Source: an uncultured Gemmatimonadales bacterium (GTDB lineage Bacteria > Gemmatimonadota > Gemmatimonadetes > Gemmatimonadales > Gemmatimonadaceae). From it: a DNA stretch of 64,000 nucleotides. The notes under the pieces were generated by a model. That model saw nothing but the letters and a program-made list of their open reading frames with translations, was not told where the DNA came from and did not search any database. The stretch covers positions 3,232,001 through 3,296,000 of the forward strand of contig CAWKMU010000003.1 of NCBI GenBank assembly GCA_963850905.1, in the 5' to 3' direction. This document shows positions 55,692 to 64,000 of the stretch, piece by piece (position 1 is the first letter of the stretch; each line of letters opens with the position of its first letter). A program made the position numbers and the translations under genes.

Positions 55692-57095
55692 TCACGCGAC
55701 CTTCTCTATATCCGGCAGCTTCCAGCGCTTGGCGAAGAACGACTTCTCCGGTCCGTACAGGCGGAACAGGATCTCGAACTTGCCGGTCGCGACCGTCGGC
55801 ACCCAGTTCTTCTCTTTGCCCGCCGGCGCCCTCGGCCCGAAGTACACATTGATCGAACCGTTCGCATTCTGCTCGATGCCCGGTGTCTGAGACGATCGGC
55901 TCGACCAGGGCTGGTTGCGGATCAGCGCATGCGTGGCGCGGTCGTAGGCCGTCGCCGACCAGTATTCGGTGACCGGCGGATTCGCCGGGACCGTCAGCCG
56001 ATATGTACTGCCACCGTCGAAGAAACGACCCTCCTTGTCCTTGATGGTCATGAGATAGAACTGTCCCGCGCCCAGGTGCTTGGCGCTGAAGAACGCGAAG
56101 CTGAATGTCAGGCCGCGGTCATCAACGGGGTAGCTATCCGGCTTGGCGAAGAACGTTTCCTGTCCTTCGATGACCTCCTGCGACGCAGGGACAGCCCAGT
56201 AGGAGCCTTCGTAGAACGGCGGAGAGAAGGCGCTCTCGTATCGCGCGTTGAGCCACGCATGCGCCTCGGCGGCCGCATCCTTGAGCAACTCCTGCGTGAT
56301 GGCGTCGGGGCTGAACGTCTTACCTTTTTCGATCCCAATGGATTTGAGCTGATCGATCATCGCTTTGTCCCGGGTCAACCACGGCTCATACTGTACGATG
56401 CGGTTGAGCGACTGGAAGAAGCGAAGATCATACGGAATCGTGGAATCGAACACCGCGTCGGCCGTATCGATGAACATGGTCGGCGGCGGACTCGCGGCGC
56501 GTGACAACGGATACAGTTTGACGCGCTTGCCATAGCCGACGCCTTTCGCAACGTCAGCGTCAGTCCCGCCCTTCAAGATGGAGCGTATCAGCGCAAAGCC
56601 CTGATAGGTGTCCGAGGGAAGCGCGATGAACCCCTTTGCGACCGGGCCGTTGTAGTTGGGAGGCAGGATGAGATACCGCCCACCCTTGCCCTTGTCGACA
56701 CCGGCCGGTCCGACGTCCTCCAATGCCGCCTGCCAGCAATCCATGATGCTGCCGTTGATACTGCCCTCATCAGCGGGCGGAATCTCGAGCACCATCGGCC
56801 CCGAATCTCTCGTGTTGATGAAAGGCATGAGATAGATCGAATCGGGGTTGGGCGTCAACGTCTGGTTCTTCCAGTCTGGAAGACGCGACCAATACACGAT
56901 CTGATTGAACATGCCTCTCGCACGCACCATCGCTTGATACATCAGATCGTAATTCACGGCCGGCATGCCCCAGATGACGGCTTCGACCGCACATCGCTCG
57001 ATCGTCCGCCTCGTGAGATCCTCCCAGGTCAAATCGGATGGGTCTGTCGAGCCAGCCGGACGAGGCGATATCGGCGTGATGACGGTGTGCGTCAT
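55692..57095 (-). CDS. DUF1254/DUF1214 domain protein
   Basis: TPNPDSIY, DVGPAGVDKGKGG.YLILPP, YWSATAYD, YFGP, NWVPT and FRLYGP. Confidence 0.9.
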   Translation of the reverse strand: MTHTVITPISPRPAGSTDPSDLTWEDLTRRTIERCAVEAVIWGMPAVNYDLMYQAMVRARGMFNQIVYWSRLPDWKNQTLTPNPDSIYLMPFINTRDSGPMVLEIPPADEGSINGSIMDCWQAALEDVGPAGVDKGKGGRYLILPPNYNGPVAKGFIALPSDTYQGFALIRSILKGGTDADVAKGVGYGKRVKLYPLSRAASPPPTMFIDTADAVFDSTIPYDLRFFQSLNRIVQYEPWLTRDKAMIDQLKSIGIEKGKTFSPDAITQELLKDAAAEAHAWLNARYESAFSPPFYEGSYWAVPASQEVIEGQETFFAKPDSYPVDDRGLTFSFAFFSAKHLGAGQFYLMTIKDKEGRFFDGGSTYRLTVPANPPVTEYWSATAYDRATHALIRNQPWSSRSSQTPGIEQNANGSINVYFGPRAPAGKEKNWVPTVATGKFEILFRLYGPEKSFFAKRWKLPDIEKVA

Positions 57096-57599
57096 AGCGT
57101 TCGCTCCCGGTTCGTGGGATTCCATTCAGGGTTTGGGCGCCATGGAACGCGAGGCGCGTGAAGCAGTCGGGTGCCGGACTTCCCGAATGCTGCGCTCGAT
57201 CCGTCGGTCAACCAGTGGACCTTAGTGTGGCTGGCGGCGCGCGATCGTGCGGCGGGTGGCTCGAGGTCGAAGAGCCGTTTCCCAGTGGCCGGATCGGATG
57301 GCACCCACACGTGGTCGTGAATGCTCACGCGTCTGCCGCCGACCATCCGCAACACGGAGGTCACGCACGCCCGGCAACCGATGGCGGGCCGTTGGCGAGC
57401 GTCCCCGGATGCCCCGTGTGCCGGCAAGTCAGATCAAGGTCGCATATCGTACCGATCTCGGGTGGCCTACGATAACGATTGCAGAGAGCTGGAGGAGCTA
57501 CATCCGTCTGGCCGACGCATCACGCGTCTCCGACGGCGCAGGTAGTCTGACCATCAAGGTCGCGGTGCCATCCACCTGTCAGCGCTTCCGGAGTCTACC

Positions 57600-58079
57600 A
57601 TGTCCGCAGCCCAGCGTCGCCTCGGTCGTCGCGCCCGTGTCGTGTTGTCTGCCAGTGCCTACCTCGGTGCCGTGGCCGGCCTCGGCGTAGGACTCGTGGG
57701 TTGCGCGGGCCATCATCACGTCAGCGAAGCACCGCCGCATCCGATCTCGGTCGAGGTACAGAACAACATCACAGTGCCGACCGAGCTCACCGTATTCGTC
57801 CAGCAGGATCAGGGCGGAGCACGCCAGATGCTCGGTACGGTGCCGGGCGCCCAGACAAGAACGTTCACGTTCACCCCGGTGTCCTGGGGTCAGCAATACC
57901 GACTGACCGGTCGGCCCCCGATCGGCAGTACGATCACGTCGCCCAGATTCACGGTCAATGATCCGCAGACCGGCACGATCGCCTGGGCCCTCGTGCCGAA
58001 CCAGGTGCAGTTCTACAATACGGCCGTAGACACGACGGTCGTCACCAAGCCGAGCAGCGACACCGCGACGAAGCACTAG
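57600..58079 (+). CDS. Putative lipoprotein
   Basis: Basic N-terminus, hydrophobic stretch, lipobox LVGC, then a beta-rich domain; GGAG RBS. Confidence 0.7.
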   Translation: MSAAQRRLGRRARVVLSASAYLGAVAGLGVGLVGCAGHHHVSEAPPHPISVEVQNNITVPTELTVFVQQDQGGARQMLGTVPGAQTRTFTFTPVSWGQQYRLTGRPPIGSTITSPRFTVNDPQTGTIAWALVPNQVQFYNTAVDTTVVTKPSSDTATKH

Positions 58080-58159
58080 GAGCGGGCCAGCGGCAGTGCA
58101 GGCGAATTGAGCGGCACCGGTCACGCCGCGCCTTCCAGTTGCCCCGAGGAGTCCGCCCC

Positions 58160-59557
58160 ATGTCTCAGTCGACCGACAAGGCCAGGAAGTACTCCCGCGA
58201 TCACGCGGAGCGGTTCCAGCACGAGCTGCTGGAATTTCTTCGCATCCCCAGCCTGAGCGGAGACCCGGCGCACGCCGACGACGTCAAGCGCGCCGCCGAC
58301 TGGCTCGCGGACCAGCTGCATGGTTTCGGCGTCAAGAACGCCAAGGTGATGGCCACCGGCGGTCATCCAGTCGTCTATGGCGAATGGACGGAGGCCGGCC
58401 CGGAGAAACCAACCGTCTTGATCTATGGACACTACGACGTTGTGCCCGCGGCGATGGAGGACGGCTGGGATTCACCCCCTTTCGAGCCAGTCAAGAAAGA
58501 CGGGAAGATCTACGCGCGCGGCGCGACCGATGACAAAGGCCAGTTGTTCATCCACTTCAAGGCCCTCGAGTCGTACCTGGAATCCGACGGCGGGCCACCG
58601 GTGAACGTCAAGCTGCTGATCGAAGGCGAGGAAGAGGTATCCTCCCCCAACCTCGCGCCCTTCATCAAGAGCCACCAGGACTTGCTCAAGGCGGACGTCT
58701 GCGTGATCAGCGACTCGTCCATGCGTGCGATCGAGGAGCCGGCTGTGACGCACAGCCTCCGCGGCATGACGTACGCGCAGATCGAGGTCCAGGGACCCAA
58801 GGAAGATCTCCATAGCGGGTTCTGGGGTGGCGCGACGCACAACCCCGCGCTCGCATTGGTCGAGATCCTTTCGAAGCTGTACAACCCGGACAATACGATC
58901 GCCGTCCCAGGCTTCTACGACGACGTGGTCGCGTTGAGCAAGGAAGAGCGTGACATGATCGCGAAAACGGCGATCACCGAAGCGCAGTTCAAGGAGGCCA
59001 CGGGCGTACCCGCGACGTGGGGTGACAAGAAGTACACGCTGCGCGAACGCGTCTCCGCTCGGCCGACATTGGACATCAATGGCTTGTGGAGCGGCTATTC
59101 CGGACCCGGCCCCAAGACGATCATCCCCGCTAAGGCGGGCGCCAAGCTCAGCGCGCGGCTAGTCGCCAACCAGGACCCCGACAAGATCTTCAGGCTGATC
59201 AAGAAGCACATCGAATCCATCACCCCGCCGACCGTCAAGCTCACCGTCGATCTGTTGACCACGGGGAAGCCCGCTCTGATCCCGTTCGACCTGCCCGAGA
59301 TGCAGGCCGCGTCGCGCGCCTACGAGAAGGCATGGGGCTACAAACCAGTCTTCACTCGCGGCGGAGGCAGCATCCCGATCGTCGCCGACATCCGCAGCAT
59401 GATGAAGATCCCGGTGGTCATGATGGGATACGGGCTGGACAGCGACGGCCTGCACGCACCCAACGAGCACTACAGCCTCGAGATGTTCCAGCGCGGCATC
59501 GAGACAGCGATCGTCTACCTCGACGAATTAGCCCGCGACCAGCGCGCGGCCGCCTAG
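58160..59557 (+). CDS. M20 family dipeptidase (Dug1/CNDP-like)
   Basis: YGHYDV, ARGATDDKGQ, EGEEE, DLHSG, GGSIP and HAPNE; GAGGAG RBS. Confidence 0.93.
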   Translation: MSQSTDKARKYSRDHAERFQHELLEFLRIPSLSGDPAHADDVKRAADWLADQLHGFGVKNAKVMATGGHPVVYGEWTEAGPEKPTVLIYGHYDVVPAAMEDGWDSPPFEPVKKDGKIYARGATDDKGQLFIHFKALESYLESDGGPPVNVKLLIEGEEEVSSPNLAPFIKSHQDLLKADVCVISDSSMRAIEEPAVTHSLRGMTYAQIEVQGPKEDLHSGFWGGATHNPALALVEILSKLYNPDNTIAVPGFYDDVVALSKEERDMIAKTAITEAQFKEATGVPATWGDKKYTLRERVSARPTLDINGLWSGYSGPGPKTIIPAKAGAKLSARLVANQDPDKIFRLIKKHIESITPPTVKLTVDLLTTGKPALIPFDLPEMQAASRAYEKAWGYKPVFTRGGGSIPIVADIRSMMKIPVVMMGYGLDSDGLHAPNEHYSLEMFQRGIETAIVYLDELARDQRAAA

Positions 59558-59571
59558 TCGCCATCGCCGGT

Positions 59572-61233
59572 CTAGGTTCGCGCAGGCCTCCTCGCTCGGC
59601 GTTTTCTGCGCACGACCCGCGCGGCGCCCCACGCAGGAACGGCTCGCGCGGCGGCACTTCGCTTCTTGGTTGCAGGCCGCGACGAGGACCGAGCGTCGCT
59701 CGTTCGCGGCGAGCTCATGCCATCCGTGCGCGCAAGCAAGAACTCTGCGAGCAGAGGTACCGGCCGGCCGGTCGCCCCTTTTGCATCGCCGGAGACGGCA
59801 TTCGTCCCCGCAATGTCCAGATGCGCCCACTTGAAGTGGTTGGCGAAGCGCTTGAGGAAGCACGCGGCGGTAATGGCGCCCGCAGCCCGGCCACCGAGGT
59901 TGCTCATGTCCGCGAAATTGCTCTTGAGCAAGTCCTCATACTCGTCGAACATCGGCATCCGCCACGCACGGTCACCCGATTGCACTCCGGACTGCAGGAG
60001 CCGATCGGCCAGCTCATCGTCATTCGCCCACAAGCCACTCGTTTCCTTGCCAAGCGCGATGACACAGGCGCCGGTCAATGTCGCGACGTCGATGACGTAC
60101 TCCGGGTCGAACCGCTCGGCGTAGGTGAGGGCATCGGCCAGGCCCAGGCGACCCTCGGCGTCCGTATTCAGGATCTCGATCGTCTGGCCGGACATCGACG
60201 TGACGACGTCTCCCGGACGGCTCGCGTTACCACCAGGCATGTTCTCCGCCGCGTGGATGATCGCGACGACGTTGATGGGTAAGCCGAGGCGTGCCACGGT
60301 CTTCATCGCGCCAAACACACTCGCCGCGCCGCACATGTCGAACTTCATCTCGTCCATGTCCGCGCCGGGCTTGAGGGAAATGCCTCCCGTGTCGAACGTG
60401 ATGCCTTTGCCGACCAGCACCACCGGCTTCGTGCCCGCACCACCGCCCTTGTACTGGATGACGATGAACTTGCAGGGCGCGGCCGAGGCCTGGCCGACCG
60501 ACAGGGCCGCCCCCATCCCGAGCCGCCGCATGTCCTCACGCTCGAGCACATCGACATCGAGCTTGTGCGCTTTGCCCAGCGAGCGTGCCGTCTCCGCGAG
60601 GAATGCTGGATTGCAGACGTTGCCGGGCAGGTTGCCCAGATCCTTGGCGAGCGCCATCCCCTCGGCAACCGCCTGGCCCCGGCGAATCGCGTCGATCAAG
60701 TCTCCGTTGACCCGGTCGGCAGTGAGCAGCGTGACTTTGCGTGCGCCGCGCTCCTGGCGCTTGCGATCCACCGTGGCACCCGGCGCAGCAAAACGGTAAG
60801 CGCCATCGGCAATCAGTCGGCTGGCGGTCTGCGCACGCCAGGCGGGGGACCGTCCCGGCACTTCGACGTCCGTCAAGGTGACGACTGCCTCGCGCGCCGG
60901 ACCGTTCGCCAGCGCCGTCGCCACGCCCTTGAGCGCATCCCGAAACGCCTTGTCCCCGAAGCCCTCGCGCGTGCCAAGGCTGACGAGCAGCACACGTTCC
61001 GCCTCGGTGCCCGCCACGTCGTACAACATCACGGAAGAACCCGCGTTCACATCGAGATCTCCACGCTTGACGAGGGCGGACAGCTTGCCCTTAGACGCTT
61101 CATCGATTCGCCGTGAAGCCGGGGGCAGCGTCCCGTCCGCAAAGGCGCCGACCACGAGCACGCCGGTGTGGGCCTTTTCCGGAGGCGACGTGTCGATCAC
61201 GAGCTCGAGGGGATGTCGCTTGCTGGTGTCCAT
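59572..61233 (-). CDS. pepA: Leucyl aminopeptidase (M17)
   Basis: LVGKGITFDTGGISLKP, MKFDMCGAA, NTDAEGRL, ATLTGA and WAHLDIAG. Confidence 0.95.
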   Translation of the reverse strand: MDTSKRHPLELVIDTSPPEKAHTGVLVVGAFADGTLPPASRRIDEASKGKLSALVKRGDLDVNAGSSVMLYDVAGTEAERVLLVSLGTREGFGDKAFRDALKGVATALANGPAREAVVTLTDVEVPGRSPAWRAQTASRLIADGAYRFAAPGATVDRKRQERGARKVTLLTADRVNGDLIDAIRRGQAVAEGMALAKDLGNLPGNVCNPAFLAETARSLGKAHKLDVDVLEREDMRRLGMGAALSVGQASAAPCKFIVIQYKGGGAGTKPVVLVGKGITFDTGGISLKPGADMDEMKFDMCGAASVFGAMKTVARLGLPINVVAIIHAAENMPGGNASRPGDVVTSMSGQTIEILNTDAEGRLGLADALTYAERFDPEYVIDVATLTGACVIALGKETSGLWANDDELADRLLQSGVQSGDRAWRMPMFDEYEDLLKSNFADMSNLGGRAAGAITAACFLKRFANHFKWAHLDIAGTNAVSGDAKGATGRPVPLLAEFLLARTDGMSSPRTSDARSSSRPATKKRSAAARAVPAWGAARVVRRKRRARRPART

Positions 61234-61292
61234 AGCCTGCTCCTCACAGAGTCAGCGTGCAATGCAGTTGGCGGAGGTCCGATCGGGTGCCG

Positions 61293-62873
61293 TCAGAATC
61301 CCCACGGGAGCCCCAGCACCTGCCAGACGACCAGGAGCACCATCCACACGATCTGGATGATGATGACATAGGGGAGCATCATGGCGATCACCGTTCCCAC
61401 TCCCGCTCCCTTCTGGTATTTCGCAGCGAACCCCACGATCAGTGGGAAATACGCCATCATCGGCGTGATCGCATTCGTTGGTGAATCACCGACGCGGTAG
61501 GCCGCAAGCACCGCCTCGGGCGCAACGTGGAGCCGCATCATCAGCGGCACGAACACGGGCGCAAAGATCGCCCATTTCGGGATGATACCGGTGATGATGA
61601 GATTGAGGACGGTGACGACGAGCACAAATCCGACGAGCAGCGTGAGCGGGCCAAACCCCGCGTGCTCCAGCCAGTCACCTACCTTCACCGCGGCGATCGT
61701 GGCCATGTTGGTGTACGTGAAGAGGGCGATGAACTGACTGATGAAGAACAACAGAAACAGCAAGCTACCGAGTCCGATGACCGCCTTCTCCATCGCCCCA
61801 ACCACGTCGGTCGTCCCTTTCATCGTCTTGGCACCACGGCCGTACGCGGCCCCTGCGACGAGGAACGCCGCCGCGATGAAGACGATGAGCCCGTTCATGA
61901 ATGGCGAGTCACCGATCAAGGCCCCGGTTTCGGGATTGCGTAGCGGTGCGCCGGAGGGAAGCGACAGAAGTCCAAATACCACCAGCACACCGAGCACGCC
62001 CCACGTCGCGAACTTCAACCCGCGCGATTCCAGCGCGGGGTCCACATCGTCCGGGCCTTCCTCGTCTTCCAGGTCCGCGGGTACCGTGTAGGGGCCTAGC
62101 CGCGGCTCGATGATCTTGTCGGTGATCAGTCCGGCGACGACCGTCAGCATGACGACCGACGCGACAGAGAACCAGAAATTGGCAGTCAGCGCCACCGACA
62201 GGTTCGGATTGAGTAGGTGGATCGCGTCGTTGGTGATCCCCGTCAGAATCCCATCGAGAGGTTTGATGAGGATGTTCACGCTGAACACTGCCGACACGGC
62301 CGCGAACGAGGCCGCCAGCCCCACCAATGGATTGCGTTTGACACTGAGGAACGCCGCGGCCGCCAGCGGAATCAGTACGAGGTAGCCGGCATCGGCGGCG
62401 ATGCTCGACAGAATGCCCACGAACACGAGGATGTACGTCAAGGCCGCTGGTGGCGCCACCGCGACGAGCTTGCGAATCAACGCCTTGATCAGGCCGCTCG
62501 TTTCGGCGACTCCCACACCGAGCATAGCGACAATGATCACCCCCACGGCGTTGAAGCCCATGAAGTTGGCGACGACGTTGGAATACATGAAGCGAAGGCC
62601 TTCGTTGGTCAGCAGGCTCTTCGCCGTGGCAGTGACTGCCTCTGGTTCGTGCGTTTCGGGGTTGATCGAGTCGAACGTCGCGCTCGCGCCGAAGAGGTAC
62701 ACGATGTGGGAGATGATGATGATGCCGATGATGAGCAGGATGAAGATCACCGCTGGATGCGGCACCTTGTTCCCAACGCGCTCGATAGCGTCGAGCACTT
62801 TTTCCATCCCCGTCTTCTCGCTCTTCTGTGGCGCAGTGGGGTGGGCGCCAACGCTCGTAGCCGCTTGAGCCAT
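61293..62873 (-). CDS. AbgT family transporter
   Basis: IERVGNKVPHP, MLGVGVAE, NFWF, KWAIFAPVFVP and AYRVGDSPTNAITP. Confidence 0.92.
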   Translation of the reverse strand: MAQAATSVGAHPTAPQKSEKTGMEKVLDAIERVGNKVPHPAVIFILLIIGIIIISHIVYLFGASATFDSINPETHEPEAVTATAKSLLTNEGLRFMYSNVVANFMGFNAVGVIIVAMLGVGVAETSGLIKALIRKLVAVAPPAALTYILVFVGILSSIAADAGYLVLIPLAAAAFLSVKRNPLVGLAASFAAVSAVFSVNILIKPLDGILTGITNDAIHLLNPNLSVALTANFWFSVASVVMLTVVAGLITDKIIEPRLGPYTVPADLEDEEGPDDVDPALESRGLKFATWGVLGVLVVFGLLSLPSGAPLRNPETGALIGDSPFMNGLIVFIAAAFLVAGAAYGRGAKTMKGTTDVVGAMEKAVIGLGSLLFLLFFISQFIALFTYTNMATIAAVKVGDWLEHAGFGPLTLLVGFVLVVTVLNLIITGIIPKWAIFAPVFVPLMMRLHVAPEAVLAAYRVGDSPTNAITPMMAYFPLIVGFAAKYQKGAGVGTVIAMMLPYVIIIQIVWMVLLVVWQVLGLPWGF

Positions 62874-62972
62874 GGGTGTTACCCTCGTGAGGAACCGATC
62901 CGCTGGCCGCCAGCGCGCGTGCGACGACAAATCTCGTCGCACGCCGCTGCGGCAGCTCGTGAGACCGGCGGG

Positions 62973-63470
62973 TTAAGCAGGCACGGCCTCGAGTGCCTCG
63001 CGCAACTTGGCCTCGTCGTCTTTGTTCAGCGACGTCTGGTAGACCTTGCCCTTGCCAACGAATTGCTTCAGACCCTCGAGCACTTTGTCGCTGCTCGCTC
63101 TCCGGATGAGAACGAACACGGCTGAGGTGCCCGATTTGAGCGAGCTGCCGACGTCCCGCATCATCTGGTCGTCCAGGCCGATGTCATGAAATCGGCTCGC
63201 CAGTGCACCAGCCCCTGCGCCGACGGCCGCTCCGAGTAACGGGTTGAGGAAGATCATGCCGATCAGCATGCCCCAAAAACCGCCGCCCACCGCGCCGACG
63301 GCCGTGAGATTCACGGCCTGGTCCAGTTTGGTACCTCCCTTCTGATCCCGCGTGACGACGACGGCGTCTTCCAACTCCACCAGATACTGCTTGTGCATCT
63401 TGATCAGCGCCGCCCGCATCTCGAAGGCAGTCGATTCGTCGGGAAACACAACTGCGACCAGCGTGCTCAT
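62973..63470 (-). CDS. DUF1269 family membrane protein
   Basis: LEDAVVV, Gly-zipper GAVGGGFWGMLIG...GAAVGAGAGAL, DIGLDD and GTSAVF; GGAGG RBS. Confidence 0.9.
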   Translation of the reverse strand: MSTLVAVVFPDESTAFEMRAALIKMHKQYLVELEDAVVVTRDQKGGTKLDQAVNLTAVGAVGGGFWGMLIGMIFLNPLLGAAVGAGAGALASRFHDIGLDDQMMRDVGSSLKSGTSAVFVLIRRASSDKVLEGLKQFVGKGKVYQTSLNKDDEAKLREALEAVPA

Positions 63471-63630
63471 GACATTCCTCCCGAGAAGGCGCTGCTAAGG
63501 ACATGTGATCAGCCGCAATCCGCATGCTTGCCGCATGTGCTCGAGCCTGCGGGCGCGGGTGCTGGTCGTTCGGGCCGCCGGGCTCGGTCCGCAGCAGGCG
63601 GGGGCAGGCCGGCCGCATGCATGACAGCAC

Positions 63631-64000
63631 CTAGAAGCTGTACCCGATCGTGAACGCGAGACCGAAGTCGTTGGTCTGCGTGACCGGAGCGGGCGGATTG
63701 CTGTTGTACGAATCGAACAGGTGGATACTCCAGTAGAAGGTGCGGAAGAAATCACGTCGGATGTCGGCGTCCCACTCCACGCGAACGTGCGACACGTTCA
63801 ACCCGACGTACGTGGTCACGAAGGTCTTCAGCTCGGTCTTTCTGGAGCTCTCGAAGGAATCCAGCTCGAGTGTCCCCAGCACCTCGGCCACATGCTCCGT
63901 TTCTGGCACGCCCTCATAACTCGACGCAGCGTAGTCGACACCAGCGTAGGCGCCGATGCTCGTGCCTTGCGTCTGCAATAGGTACTTGCCGCCCGCTGCG
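63631..64000 (-). CDS. C-terminal part of a DUF481-like outer-membrane beta-barrel protein (partial)
   Basis: Alternating beta strands ending ...YNSNPP...NDFGLAFTIGYSF* with a terminal Phe; runs off the window edge. Confidence 0.7.
   Translation of the reverse strand, partial: AAGGKYLLQTQGTSIGAYAGVDYAASSYEGVPETEHVAEVLGTLELDSFESSRKTELKTFVTTYVGLNVSHVRVEWDADIRRDFFRTFYWSIHLFDSYNSNPPAPVTQTNDFGLAFTIGYSF

Noticed and set aside
57126..57599. Possible small gene or regulatory repeat (ATCAAGGTCGC twice, ~57433 and ~57553) in the DUF1254-lipoprotein spacer
   Set aside because: The competing short ORFs have no family signal or RBS, and a single 11-bp direct repeat is weak evidence.

Overview
High-GC bacterial chromosomal window with no rRNA, tRNA, CRISPR array, integrase or transposase that I can support. 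Gene content and order (lpx cluster, bshC, larC, DUF512-der-plsY-gpsA, surE-pcm, Hanks kinase with TolB-like/TPR tail) fit a diderm such as Gemmatimonadota; this is inference only. Positions 1-25 kb are a co-directional housekeeping run: fabZ end, lpxA, a GnnA-like dehydrogenase, lpxB, a DUF374/LpxJ-like acyltransferase, lpxK, gdh, rlmH, bshC, murJ, uvrC, larC, a TPR protein, DUF512 radical SAM, der, plsY, gpsA, MerR, GT2, surE, pcm, a Pro-rich protein, acyP, apt and DinB. Positions 25-47 kb are accessory: a multicopper oxidase with a Cys-rich histidine kinase/response regulator, TonB and DUF305, a serine hydrolase, a membrane spermidine-synthase-like protein, a PQQ dehydrogenase, an FAD monooxygenase, PAP2, a Ser/Thr kinase, an MCP and SMP-30. 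Positions 47.5-64 kb are an island of poorly characterised genes around a Cys-type sulfatase and its formylglycine-generating enzyme (DUF1622, BASS, DUF202, TRIC, DUF2490, DUF2252, DUF1254, AbgT, peptidases, DUF1269, DUF481). The intergenic DNA carries at least three dispersed repeat families, including a ~115-bp heptamer-armed palindromic element in three copies, plus a candidate ~170-nt structured RNA. Several single-base frameshifts, two of them in the normally essential der and plsY, point to assembly indel errors. All family assignments come from motif recognition by eye, not from database searches.
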